Source: Gemmatimonadota bacterium (GTDB lineage: Bacteria; Gemmatimonadota; Gemmatimonadetes; Palauibacterales; Palauibacteraceae). From it: a DNA stretch of 64,000 nucleotides. This document shows positions 17,998 through 28,645 of the stretch, in pieces (the stretch's first letter is position 1; each line of letters begins with the position of its first letter). Both the position numbers and the translations under genes were made by a program. The stretch lies in assembly GCA_039588275.1 (NCBI GenBank), contig JBDHAC010000009.1, forward strand, positions 1 through 64,000, written 5' to 3'. The notes under the pieces were generated by a model. It worked only from the letters and a program-made list of their open reading frames with translations. It had not been told where the DNA came from and did not search any database.

Positions 17998-19221
17998 ATG
18001 ATCGCCCAGTCGCGTTGCAGAGTTCCGAGCCCTGATGCGGTGCGCAGGATCCTGCTCGGCGCCGTCCTGTCGCTCATGCTGCCGGCCGCGAATCTGCTCG
18101 CACAGGCAGGGCCTGGGCCGACGCAGAACGCGGCATCCGGCGCGAGGGTGTTCGGCACGAAGGGTTGCGTCCAGTGCCACGCCGTGCGGGGGCTGGGTGG
18201 CGGGGTCGGACCCGACCTCGGGCGGATTGAAGGGCGCAGGTCCTTCTTCCAGCTCGCCGCCGCCATGTGGAACCATCTACCGAGCATGCGGAAGAGCATG
18301 GAGGAGCTCGGTGTCGATTACCCCGAGCTTCATGCCCACGAGACGGATGACCTCATCGGCTTCCTGTTCACCCTCGACTATTTCGACTCGCATGGCGACG
18401 TGGATGCGGGCCGGCAGCTGTTTGCGGAGAAGAAGTGCGCGATGTGCCACCAGGTCCAGGGCGCAGGAGGTGTGCTCGGGCCGAACCTGGACTTCCTGGC
18501 CCAACACAGCTCGCCGATGTTCGTGGCGGCCGCGATGTGGAACCATGGTCCCGGCATGGCGGAGACGATGCGGACCCTCCGCATCCAACGGGCACCTTTC
18601 ACGGGAACCGAGTTCGGGAATCTCATGTCGTTCCTCGAATCGGTTATGGATCAGACCCCGCAGGGTCCTCTGTACGTGCTGCCTGGGCGCGCGGACGTGG
18701 GTCGCGAGCTGTTCTCGGAAAAGGGATGCATCCGCTGTCATGCGGTCCGTGGAGCCGGAGGCCAGATAGGTCCGCCACTCGGAGGGCGCGGGCGGGAGTG
18801 GAGCGCGTCGGAGTTCATCGCGGCCATGTGGAACAAGGCACCTTCCATGCAGGCGGCCATGCGGGCCGGAGGGATCTCGGTACCCGAGCTCACCGCCGAG
18901 GAGATGGCCGATCTCGTGGCCTACCTCTACTCCCTGGACTATTTCGGCGAATCGGGGACCCCGGCACGAGGTCGCCAGCAGCTCACACTGAAGGGGTGCC
19001 TGCAGTGCCATGCGCTGTATGGACGTGGTGGGAGGAGCGCGAGCGATCTAGGGGAGTCTGCCGGGCTGGTGACAACCACCGAGGTGGTGACGGCACTTTG
19101 GAACCACACGGTGATCGGTATGGGCGGCGGAACGGGTGAGGCCGCCGAATGGCCTGCGTTCAGCGCGGTCGAGATGGCGGACTTGGTGGCGTTTTTGCGC
19201 CAGCTCGGATCGACCCCGTGA
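17998..19221 (+). CDS. Four-domain class I-like cytochrome c (copy 2)
   Basis: CVQCH, CAMCH, CIRCH, CLQCH; colinear with 16345-17559 (shared YVLPGRADVGRELFS, WNKAPSMQAAM, AEEMADLVAYLYS). Confidence 0.9.
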   Translation: MIAQSRCRVPSPDAVRRILLGAVLSLMLPAANLLAQAGPGPTQNAASGARVFGTKGCVQCHAVRGLGGGVGPDLGRIEGRRSFFQLAAAMWNHLPSMRKSMEELGVDYPELHAHETDDLIGFLFTLDYFDSHGDVDAGRQLFAEKKCAMCHQVQGAGGVLGPNLDFLAQHSSPMFVAAAMWNHGPGMAETMRTLRIQRAPFTGTEFGNLMSFLESVMDQTPQGPLYVLPGRADVGRELFSEKGCIRCHAVRGAGGQIGPPLGGRGREWSASEFIAAMWNKAPSMQAAMRAGGISVPELTAEEMADLVAYLYSLDYFGESGTPARGRQQLTLKGCLQCHALYGRGGRSASDLGESAGLVTTTEVVTALWNHTVIGMGGGTGEAAEWPAFSAVEMADLVAFLRQLGSTP

Positions 19222-20543
19222 ACCATCCGTCCTCGCACGGGATCAGAGGCGGACTGATCCTGGTCGCGCTCCTCGCGTCGTGGCCGGCCTCCGGCCAGGA
19301 GCCAGCCGAGCAGTCCCCACAGGAATCCGCCGAGCAGCCCACCCAGCGACCCACGGGCAGCTGCGCGACGTGCCATAGCGTACTGGGAGACGAAAGGCTC
19401 GCCGGTCCTGCGGCGCGTTTCCCCGAGGACATCCACGCTGCCCGAGGATTCGGTTGCAGTGCCTGTCACGGCGGCAACCCGGCGGTCATGGGAGCGGAGG
19501 CGATGGATCCCGAGATGGGGTACATCGGAGCGCCCGGACCGCGGCAGGTCCCCGACGTCTGCGGAAGCTGCCACTCCAGTCTTCCGTTCATGCGCCGCTT
19601 CAACCCGTCCACGCGCGTAGACCAGGTGTCGGAGTACTGGACGTCGGTCCATGGCCAGCGGCTTGCGGAGCTGAATGATCCCGGGGTAGCGACGTGCGTT
19701 AGCTGCCACCCGGCCCATTCCATCAGACCTGCGGCCGATCCGCAGTCCACGGTTCACCCGCTCAACGTCGCGAGTCTGTGTGGCGCGTGTCACTCCGACG
19801 GCGCGCGCATGGCGGGCTACGGCATCCCGACGGACCAACAAGAGAAGTACGAGCGCAGCAAGCACTGGCAGATCATGTGGGAAGAGGGCGACCTCTCCGC
19901 GCCAACCTGCAATGACTGCCACGGAAACCACGGCGCAGCGCCGCCCGGGATCTCCTGGGTCGGGAACGTCTGCGGTCAGTGCCATGCGGTCCAGGGGCAG
20001 CTCTTCGGCAACAGTTTCAAGAGCAGCATGTTCACGGTGATCGGTGCCCCGGGGTGCGCCACCTGCCACGGCAATCACGAAATCGGACCGACAAGCGACG
20101 AGATGCTCGGCGCGCAGGGTCAGGCCGTGTGCACGCGCTGTCACACGCCCGAGAGCCGTGGAGGACAGTCGGCCACGGAGATGCGGTCGCTCATTGACTC
20201 TCTACACGAGAGCTTCGAACAGGCGAACTCCCTGCTGACCAGAGCCGAGGAGGCCGGGATGGAGGTGAGTGAGGCTCAATTCGGCCTCCGCGATGCGACG
20301 AACTCCCTCATCAAGGCGCGCACCGTCCTCCACTCGTTCTCCCTTGATTCCGTGCGTGCCGCCGTCGAGAGTGGCTTCGAGGTCACGCTCGCCGCCCACG
20401 CGAGGGGGGAAGACGCCCTCAGGGAGTTGCGCACACGGCGCGTGGGACTCACCGTCTCGGCTGCCATCATCCTCGTGCTAATCGTCGGCCTCGTCTTCAA
20501 GATTCGCGAGCACGAAGGGGTTGGTGTTAAAACGGAGCCTTGA
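19218..20543 (+). CDS. Nonaheme cytochrome c with C-terminal coiled coil and membrane anchor
   Basis: GTGA overlap; signal peptide; 9 CXXCH; C-terminal TM helix. Confidence 0.9.
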   Translation: MNHPSSHGIRGGLILVALLASWPASGQEPAEQSPQESAEQPTQRPTGSCATCHSVLGDERLAGPAARFPEDIHAARGFGCSACHGGNPAVMGAEAMDPEMGYIGAPGPRQVPDVCGSCHSSLPFMRRFNPSTRVDQVSEYWTSVHGQRLAELNDPGVATCVSCHPAHSIRPAADPQSTVHPLNVASLCGACHSDGARMAGYGIPTDQQEKYERSKHWQIMWEEGDLSAPTCNDCHGNHGAAPPGISWVGNVCGQCHAVQGQLFGNSFKSSMFTVIGAPGCATCHGNHEIGPTSDEMLGAQGQAVCTRCHTPESRGGQSATEMRSLIDSLHESFEQANSLLTRAEEAGMEVSEAQFGLRDATNSLIKARTVLHSFSLDSVRAAVESGFEVTLAAHARGEDALRELRTRRVGLTVSAAIILVLIVGLVFKIREHEGVGVKTEP

Positions 20544-20564
20544 TGTCGCGGGGGGGGAGGAGCG

Positions 20565-21035
20565 ATGGCAGCAGAGAATGCGCGTTCGAAGTCCACACAT
20601 TCAGCGTCTACACGTCGGCGTTTCGTCAATTGGATTCTGGGTACCAGCGCGGGGGGCCTCGTCCTGTCGGTCCTGTACCCGACCACGCGTTACCTTATCC
20701 CGCCCGAGGCGGCAGAGTCCACCGCGTCGACCGTAACGCTCCAGATATCACCGGACGAGATCGGCCCCAACACGGGTCAGATCTTCAGGTTCGGAAGTCG
20801 CCCGGGCATCCTCATCCGCACTCCCGACGGAGACCTGCGCGCGTACGAAGCTATGTGCACCCATTTGGATTGCATCGTCCAGTATCGGGACGATATCAGT
20901 CGGATCTGGTGTGCTTGCCACAACGGGCACTACGATCTGAACGGGATCAACATCCAGGGTCCTCCCCCGCGACCGCTCCAGCGCTTCACCGTGAACGTCC
21001 AAGAAGACAGGATCGTGATCGGGAGGGAATCGTGA
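20565..21035 (+). CDS. Rieske [2Fe-2S] subunit of a bc-type complex
   Basis: Tat motif TRRRFV, TM helix, CTHLDC (20856-20873), CACHNG (from 20910), GPPPRPL. Confidence 0.95.
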   Translation: MAAENARSKSTHSASTRRRFVNWILGTSAGGLVLSVLYPTTRYLIPPEAAESTASTVTLQISPDEIGPNTGQIFRFGSRPGILIRTPDGDLRAYEAMCTHLDCIVQYRDDISRIWCACHNGHYDLNGINIQGPPPRPLQRFTVNVQEDRIVIGRES

Positions 21036-21084
21036 CCTTGAGCGCAGAAGTGCCCAGACAGGCCCGAGCGGGAGACTGACGGGC

Positions 21085-22182
21085 GTGCGCACCTGGGACA
21101 GGATGGCGCGCGACGCGAGTCGGTGGTTGGAGGACCGGCTGGGCTTGTCCGCGCTCGGCCGGATCGCGAAGAAGAAGGAAGTCCCGGTCCACCGGCACAC
21201 GATCTGGTACTACCTGGGCGGGATGACGCTCTTCCTGTTCGCGATCCAGGTGGCGACCGGCGTACTCCTGCTGTTCTACTACCGTCCCAGCGCGACAGAG
21301 GCCTATGAGTCCGTGCAGTTCCTGATGACGGACGTGCAGTTCGGGTGGCTGATCCGCTCGATTCACTCGTGGGCGTCGAACCTCATGATTCTCGTCTTGT
21401 TCTTCCACCTGTTCAGCGTCTTCCTGCTCAGGGCGTATCGTCCCCCGCGGGATCTCACGTGGTACACGGGGATGGCGCTGTTCGGCATCACGCTCGCGTT
21501 CGGGTTCACCGGCTACCTGCTTCCGTGGAATCAGCTCGCCTTCTTCGCCACCCGCGTGGGAACGCAGATCGTGGGAGTGGTGCCGTGGATAGGCGAGGGC
21601 TTGCTGCGCGTCGCGCGCGGCGGGGACGACGTGAGCGGCGCCACGCTGACCCGCTTCTACGCGATCCACGCGGCGGTCCTTCCAGCCCTGATCGTGATCC
21701 TCCTCGGTCTGCACGTCTACCTGGTGCAGAGGCACGGCATGAGCGTGCCGCCCAGCGTCGAACGGGAAGGGGGGTCGAAGCGCTCACTGCCCTTCGTCCC
21801 GAGCTTCCTGCTGCGAGATCTTGTGGGCTGGCTGGCGGCGCTGGCGATCGTGGCGGCGTTGGCGGCCTATTTTCCGGCCGAGCTGGGAGAGAAGGCGGAC
21901 CCCTTCGCGCCGGCGCCGGCCGGGATCAAGCCCGAGTGGTACTTCATGTTCATGTTCCAGACCCTCAAGTACCTCCCGGCGCACATCCTGTGGATCGAGG
22001 GCGAGGTGGTCGGGGTCGCCGCGTTCGGGATCGCGGCCCTGCTTCTGTTCCTCGCGCCGGTCATTGGCCGCCCGAGACGCGACGGCAGGCCGAACCGGGT
22101 CATCACGTGGATCGGCGTGGGGATCATCGTCTACATGATCGTTCTGACCATCCTCGGATATACGGCCAGTCCAACGGCCTGA
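21085..22182 (+). CDS. Cytochrome b of a bc-type complex (canonical)
   Basis: Four heme His, [12 protein letters not shown] (21931-21942). Alternative start ATG 21103. Confidence 0.95.
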   Translation: MRTWDRMARDASRWLEDRLGLSALGRIAKKKEVPVHRHTIWYYLGGMTLFLFAIQVATGVLLLFYYRPSATEAYESVQFLMTDVQFGWLIRSIHSWASNLMILVLFFHLFSVFLLRAYRPPRDLTWYTGMALFGITLAFGFTGYLLPWNQLAFFATRVGTQIVGVVPWIGEGLLRVARGGDDVSGATLTRFYAIHAAVLPALIVILLGLHVYLVQRHGMSVPPSVEREGGSKRSLPFVPSFLLRDLVGWLAALAIVAALAAYFPAELGEKADPFAPAPAGIKPEWYFMFMFQTLKYLPAHILWIEGEVVGVAAFGIAALLLFLAPVIGRPRRDGRPNRVITWIGVGIIVYMIVLTILGYTASPTA

Positions 22183-22316
22183 TTCGGATTGTGGCCCACA
22201 AGCGCCTCCTCGGTGTATCCTGACGGACTTCGGGCACTCGACGGCTTCCGGCTGCTTCCGGTCGGGAAACCGGTTGGAGAGCACAACCAGATCATGAAAG
22301 GCTCAGCGAGATCACG

Positions 22317-23642
22317 ATGAAACGTATCAGATACACGTTCGCTACCGGTCTCACGCTTCTGATCGGCGCGCCCTTCGGGCCCTCGGCCGACATCGTCGCT
22401 CAGACACCGGCCGAGCCCGGCGCCAAGCCGGAAGGCTCGCCGGCGTGCCCCGTTATCGCCGATGAGGAGTGGACCGCCATCGCGGTCGTGCGCTACCTGG
22501 CCGACGACGCCCTCGGTGGGCGGCTCGCGGGCAGCGAGGGCGAGCAGTGCGCCGCGGCGTACATCGTCACGCGCTTCGAGCAGCTCGGGCTGAAGCCGGC
22601 CGGCGAGGACGGGACCTACTTCCAGGACGTGCCGCTGGCGAGCGCGACCAACCCTCACGCCGCCGCCGGCACCGGCAGGAACATCGTGGCCTTGCTTCCG
22701 GGCACCGATCCCGAGCTCGCGAACGAAGTCGTGGTGTTCGGCGCTCACTACGATCACCTGGGCGACGGCGGCTTCGGATCGTTGGGTGATGCGGGAGAGA
22801 TCCACAACGGGGCTGACGATAACGCCTCGGGCGTGGCCGCCCTGCTCGTGGCAGCCGAACGGCTGGCGGCCGGCCCCGCCCCGGCGCGACCGGTTCTGTT
22901 CATGGCGTTCACGGGTGAGGAGAGCGGTCTGATCGGATCCGGCTTCTACGCCAAGAATCCCACGATCTCGCTCGAGCGGGCGCAGGCCATGGTGAATCTG
23001 GACATGGTCGGCCGGCTCGAGAGCAGCCCACTGATCGTGTACGGGATCGGGACGGCGCCAGAGTGGCAGGAGCTGGTGGACCTCGCGAACGAGCCGCTCG
23101 GGATCGAGCTGGCGTACGAGGAGGCCGGGTACGGACCCAGCGACCACACCTCGTTCTACGCGCGAGACATCCCGGTCTTGCACCTGTTCACGAACGTGCA
23201 CGGAGATTACCACAAGCCGTCGGATGATTGGGACAAGATCGACGCCGACGGACTGGAGCGGGTGGGGGATTTCGCGGCGCGCATCGTCTCGAGCGTGGCG
23301 GACCGTCGCGACCGTCTCACGCTGATTCCCGATGTCGGTGCTCCCGCGCAGGATTCCGGTGGATACGGCGCCTACCTGGGGACGGTCCCCGACTTCACGC
23401 CGGTCGATCACGGCGTGCTGCTCAGCGGCGTGAGCGCGGGCTCGCCCGCCGAAGAGGCCGGGATCGAGGGCGGCGACATCATCATCGCGCTCGGTGAGCA
23501 CGATGTGGCGGATCTCTACGGCCTGACCGACGCACTGCGGGCACACGCGCCCGGCGATCGGGTTCGAGTGGTCGTGATCCGCGAGGGTGAGGAGATCGAG
23601 TTCGACGTCGTGCTCGGCGACCGATCGGATCGGGAATCTTGA
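22317..23642 (+). CDS. M28 family peptidase with C-terminal PDZ domain
   Basis: GAHYDH, GADDNASG, FTGEESGL, NLDMVG, DYHKPSD; PDZ-like YLGTVPD...GSPAEEAGI. Confidence 0.9.
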   Translation: MKRIRYTFATGLTLLIGAPFGPSADIVAQTPAEPGAKPEGSPACPVIADEEWTAIAVVRYLADDALGGRLAGSEGEQCAAAYIVTRFEQLGLKPAGEDGTYFQDVPLASATNPHAAAGTGRNIVALLPGTDPELANEVVVFGAHYDHLGDGGFGSLGDAGEIHNGADDNASGVAALLVAAERLAAGPAPARPVLFMAFTGEESGLIGSGFYAKNPTISLERAQAMVNLDMVGRLESSPLIVYGIGTAPEWQELVDLANEPLGIELAYEEAGYGPSDHTSFYARDIPVLHLFTNVHGDYHKPSDDWDKIDADGLERVGDFAARIVSSVADRRDRLTLIPDVGAPAQDSGGYGAYLGTVPDFTPVDHGVLLSGVSAGSPAEEAGIEGGDIIIALGEHDVADLYGLTDALRAHAPGDRVRVVVIREGEEIEFDVVLGDRSDRES

Positions 23643-23685
23643 CCGGCCGCTGGAGCTTCGCGCCGATCTGGAAAGGGGAGCTCCC

Positions 23686-24489
23686 ATGAAGACCGTTCGC
23701 TGTCCGTCTTGCGGCTCGCAGGGAGGCGGAAGGTTCTGCGCGGAATGCGGTGCCGCCTTGACCGGCAAGCCCGGAGATCCGGAGCTCTGCAACGCGTGTG
23801 GATCCCGCCTCGCAGCCGGTGCCCTGTACTGCGGCGAATGCGGCCAGCAGGTCTCGACACACGCGAAGAAGCCGCTCGCGGCGCGACTCCCCTGGATCGC
23901 ATCCGCCCTCGCGCTGGTGGCGTTCTCGGTGCTGATCGCGGTCCTCGTGCAGCGGGGGAGCCTGGCGCGCATCGGCGACGACCCGATCACCGGTGGCATC
24001 GGCACTCCCGGGGACGCCGGCGCGGCCGGCGGGTCGACCGGGATGATGTCGGCCGAGGAGCTAGCCAACATGCCCCCACGCGAGGCCGCGGATCGCCTCT
24101 TCGACCGCGCCATGCGCGAGCACGAGGGAGGGAGCGACCGCGCCGAGTTCTTCGGCCAGATGGCGATCGACGCCTACCAGGCGCTGCCCCCCGCGGAGCT
24201 CGACGGGGATGCTCGCTTTCATGTGGGTCTTCTCCAGCTGATGCTGGGTGACGCAGCCGGGGCCCGCGCCGAGTCGGAGGCACTGCTCAGCGACAATCCA
24301 CGCCAGCTCTACGGCCTCCTGCTGGGCGGCCGCGCGGCGGCCCTCGACGGCGACGCGGCGGGCGAGGCGGCATACCTGCAGCGTCTCAACGAGGCCATCG
24401 CATCGGGCGAGTCGTTGGATGACCCGGTCTACGCTCCGCACCGTACGTTCATCGAATCGCAGCTGAGCGCCGCGGGCGGCGGGGCCTGA
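23686..24489 (+). CDS. Double zinc-ribbon membrane protein with helical/TPR-like C-terminus
   Basis: CPSCG, CAECG, CNACG, CGECG; one TM helix; Ala-rich helical domain. Confidence 0.75.
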   Translation: MKTVRCPSCGSQGGGRFCAECGAALTGKPGDPELCNACGSRLAAGALYCGECGQQVSTHAKKPLAARLPWIASALALVAFSVLIAVLVQRGSLARIGDDPITGGIGTPGDAGAAGGSTGMMSAEELANMPPREAADRLFDRAMREHEGGSDRAEFFGQMAIDAYQALPPAELDGDARFHVGLLQLMLGDAAGARAESEALLSDNPRQLYGLLLGGRAAALDGDAAGEAAYLQRLNEAIASGESLDDPVYAPHRTFIESQLSAAGGGA

Positions 24490-24557
24490 GCCGAGAGTCC
24501 CGGCACGAATCGGCTGACCGGGGAGGGAACCCGGCAGGCTGACGGATTCCGACGCAC

Positions 24558-25766
24558 ATGCAATCTCGCACCGATCAGGGGAGGCGCGGCGTGGAGGTTG
24601 GATCGGAGGTCGAAGGCACCCGTCTGCTCCAGCACGTGCGGCAGCAGCGCGACGAGATGGTGGACTACGTCCGGGCGCTGACCCTGGCCGAGTCACCGAC
24701 GACCGTTCCGGAATCCCAAGCGGAGGTTCGAGAGCTCCTGACGGGTGGACTGGAGCGCGCGGGCTATGCCGTGCGCCACCTCCCGGGCCGGGCGACGGGG
24801 GGGCAGCTGTTCGCGCGTCCTGTCGAGCGCGAGCGTGGCAGGCCACTCCAGCTGGTTCTGGGTCACATGGACACGGTGTGGCCGTTGGGCACGTTGACCG
24901 ACATGCCTCTCGAAGTCGATGAGGACGTAATTCGCGGCCCGGGCACGTTCGACATGAAGGTCGGGCTCGCTCAGATCGTCTTCGCGCTGCAGGCGCTGAA
25001 GGACCTGGATGTCGTTCCATCCGTCGTGCCGGTCGTGTTGCTGACCTCGGACGAAGAGATCGGCAGTCCCGAATCCGAGCGTCATATCATCCGGCTGGCG
25101 AAGCGCGTCGTGCGGGCGTTGGTGCCCGAGCCGGCGCTCGGGCCGACCGGGAAGCTGAAGACCCGGCGACGCGGCATCGCGCACTACACACTGCAGGTGA
25201 TCGGGAAGGAGGCCCACGCCGGCCTCGACCCCGACTCGGGCGCATCCGCGATCCTCGAGCTCTCGTATGTCATCCAGAAGCTCCACGCGCTCGCTGATCG
25301 GGATCGCGGGATCACCGTCAACGTGGGCGTCATCGAAGGCGGGACGCGCTCCAACGTGATCGCGCCCAGCAGCCGGGCCGAGGTCGATGTGCGGGTGTGG
25401 ACGGCGGAGGATGCCGCACGGATCGAGTCGGCGATTCGATCCCTGGAGCCGACCGTTCCGGGCACGCGCATCGAGATCGAGGGCCTGGTCGGTCGCGCAC
25501 CCATGGAGCGGACGCCTCGGAACGCCCTCCTGTGGAAGGCCGCCGAAGGGTTGGCGACCCGGCTGGGGATCGAGCTCGAGGAGGGAGACTCGGGTGGTGG
25601 GTCTGATGGCAACCTCACCAGCCTCTACACCGCCACCCTGGATGGCCTCGGGGCGGTCGGCGATGGGGCGCACGCCCGACACGAGTTCGCGTATATCGAT
25701 GCCATGCTCGAGCGCGCCGCGCTGCTCGCTCAGGTCCTGGCCCTCCCGCCCTTGCCCGGCGTGTGA
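24558..25766 (+). CDS. M20 metallopeptidase (glutamate carboxypeptidase-like)
   Basis: GHMDTVW, GPGTFDMK, DEEIGS, GGGSDGN, GAHA. Confidence 0.9.
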   Translation: MQSRTDQGRRGVEVGSEVEGTRLLQHVRQQRDEMVDYVRALTLAESPTTVPESQAEVRELLTGGLERAGYAVRHLPGRATGGQLFARPVERERGRPLQLVLGHMDTVWPLGTLTDMPLEVDEDVIRGPGTFDMKVGLAQIVFALQALKDLDVVPSVVPVVLLTSDEEIGSPESERHIIRLAKRVVRALVPEPALGPTGKLKTRRRGIAHYTLQVIGKEAHAGLDPDSGASAILELSYVIQKLHALADRDRGITVNVGVIEGGTRSNVIAPSSRAEVDVRVWTAEDAARIESAIRSLEPTVPGTRIEIEGLVGRAPMERTPRNALLWKAAEGLATRLGIELEEGDSGGGSDGNLTSLYTATLDGLGAVGDGAHARHEFAYIDAMLERAALLAQVLALPPLPGV

Positions 25767-26018
25767 AGGGAGAATCGGAGTGTCCACCGGGCGGCCGGAC
25801 CCGATGTCCCGGGGTGGTTCGGCCTTCATGTCGCAGGATGTCCCGTCTGGAGTCCGTTTTGCGCGGCGCGGATCGAAGCAAGCCGTCCCGTTACAACGAG
25901 TTGCCCGCGCGCCCCAGCCGCGGCCCCTCGCGTGCGGCGCATGCGTTCTGTAAGGTCCGAACGTCTCGCGAGCCGGGCGAATGTCTCGCCCGCCGAGCGG
26001 GGAAAGGAGACAGGGACC

Positions 26019-26936
26019 GTGCCGCGTAGGAGTGCGCGAGCCGCGCTCGCGGTGAGCCTGCTCGTCAGCTGCGGGTACGAGCCACCAGCCGTGCCCGTCT
26101 CCGGCGACCCGGCCAGCATCGCGGCATTGGTGGGGGAGTGGAGTGGTTCGTATGCGGGCCGCGAAAGCGGTCGCACCGGGAGCATCTTCTTTCGCCTCGC
26201 ATCCGACGCCGACAGCGCCTACGGCGATGTGCTCATGGCGCCCGCCGGGTTCGAGCACCCTCTCCCCGAGGGGCGCGATGCGAGCTTGCCGCCACCGCTG
26301 CTCGCCATCCGCTTCGTGCGCGCAGAGGGTGACGTCATCTACGGCCAACTCGGCGAATATGAAGATCCCGCTTGTGGTTGCCGACTGAAGACCACCTACA
26401 CCGGCCGCATCGCCGTGGACCGGATCGAGGGCACGTTCACCACACTGCACATCGATACCGGGGTGAGGCACGCCGGCGTCTGGCAGGTGACCCGCACCGC
26501 CGAGCCTTCCGTGGCGTTCCGGCCGCGTGCGCCGGAGGCCGACACGGCTCGAGCGGAGCCGCTCGAGCCCGTCGAGCCCGGGCTGAAAGGGCCGGACGAG
26601 GCCGAGCTCGTCGCGCAGGGCCGGGAGCTGTTCTCGAGTCTGGGGTGCGCGAACTGCCATGGATTCGACCGGCGCGGGCTGGTCGGACCCGACCTGAACG
26701 CGGTCACCGAGCACCGCACGTTCGGGTGGATCTACCGTATGATCCTCGTCCCGGATTCGATGCTCACGCACGATCCGACCGCTCGAACCCTGCTCTCCGG
26801 ATACGGCGTTCGTATGCCGGATGTCGGGGCGAGCCCGTGGGAGGCTCTCGTCCTGTACGAGTACCTACTCCGGGCCACCGACGACACGCTCCCACCCGGC
26901 GATGCCAGGCCGGAAGAAGGGAGCGAGCGAGAGTGA
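26019..26936 (+). CDS. Lipoprotein with beta-rich domain fused to monoheme cytochrome c
   Basis: Lipobox LVSC; CGC motif; C-terminal GRELF...CANCH...GPDL...MP class I domain. Confidence 0.75.
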   Translation: MPRRSARAALAVSLLVSCGYEPPAVPVSGDPASIAALVGEWSGSYAGRESGRTGSIFFRLASDADSAYGDVLMAPAGFEHPLPEGRDASLPPPLLAIRFVRAEGDVIYGQLGEYEDPACGCRLKTTYTGRIAVDRIEGTFTTLHIDTGVRHAGVWQVTRTAEPSVAFRPRAPEADTARAEPLEPVEPGLKGPDEAELVAQGRELFSSLGCANCHGFDRRGLVGPDLNAVTEHRTFGWIYRMILVPDSMLTHDPTARTLLSGYGVRMPDVGASPWEALVLYEYLLRATDDTLPPGDARPEEGSERE

Positions 26937-27091
26937 GCGAGGGCGCATTCGGACGCGGCCCGCAGGCTCGAAACCTGCAGGCGAAGACCTCCGCGGCTTC
27001 CATCGCGAACCGCGGGGCACTGGGCCTGGCACCCGGGTGAGATCTCGGGGAAACCAGCACACTGACACCCGTTCAACAGTGCGGGCCGTAG

Positions 27092-28441
<1,350 letters not shown>

Positions 28442-28645
28442 CGCTTTAATCTGCCCTGCTGGGCCCCTCGGACAACGCCGAGAGGAATAGCGCCCCCGTT
28501 TCCGGGCTTGCCCTGCGGCAGGCTCCCGAGCGGGGGCGCGTTGCATCCCCACCCGCCGCGTCGAATCTTCCGTGCTTCGCCGCCCCGAACCGGACGGCCA
28601 CGCTCCGTCGTGGACGAGTCGGTGCATGACGAAAGGAAACGGTCG

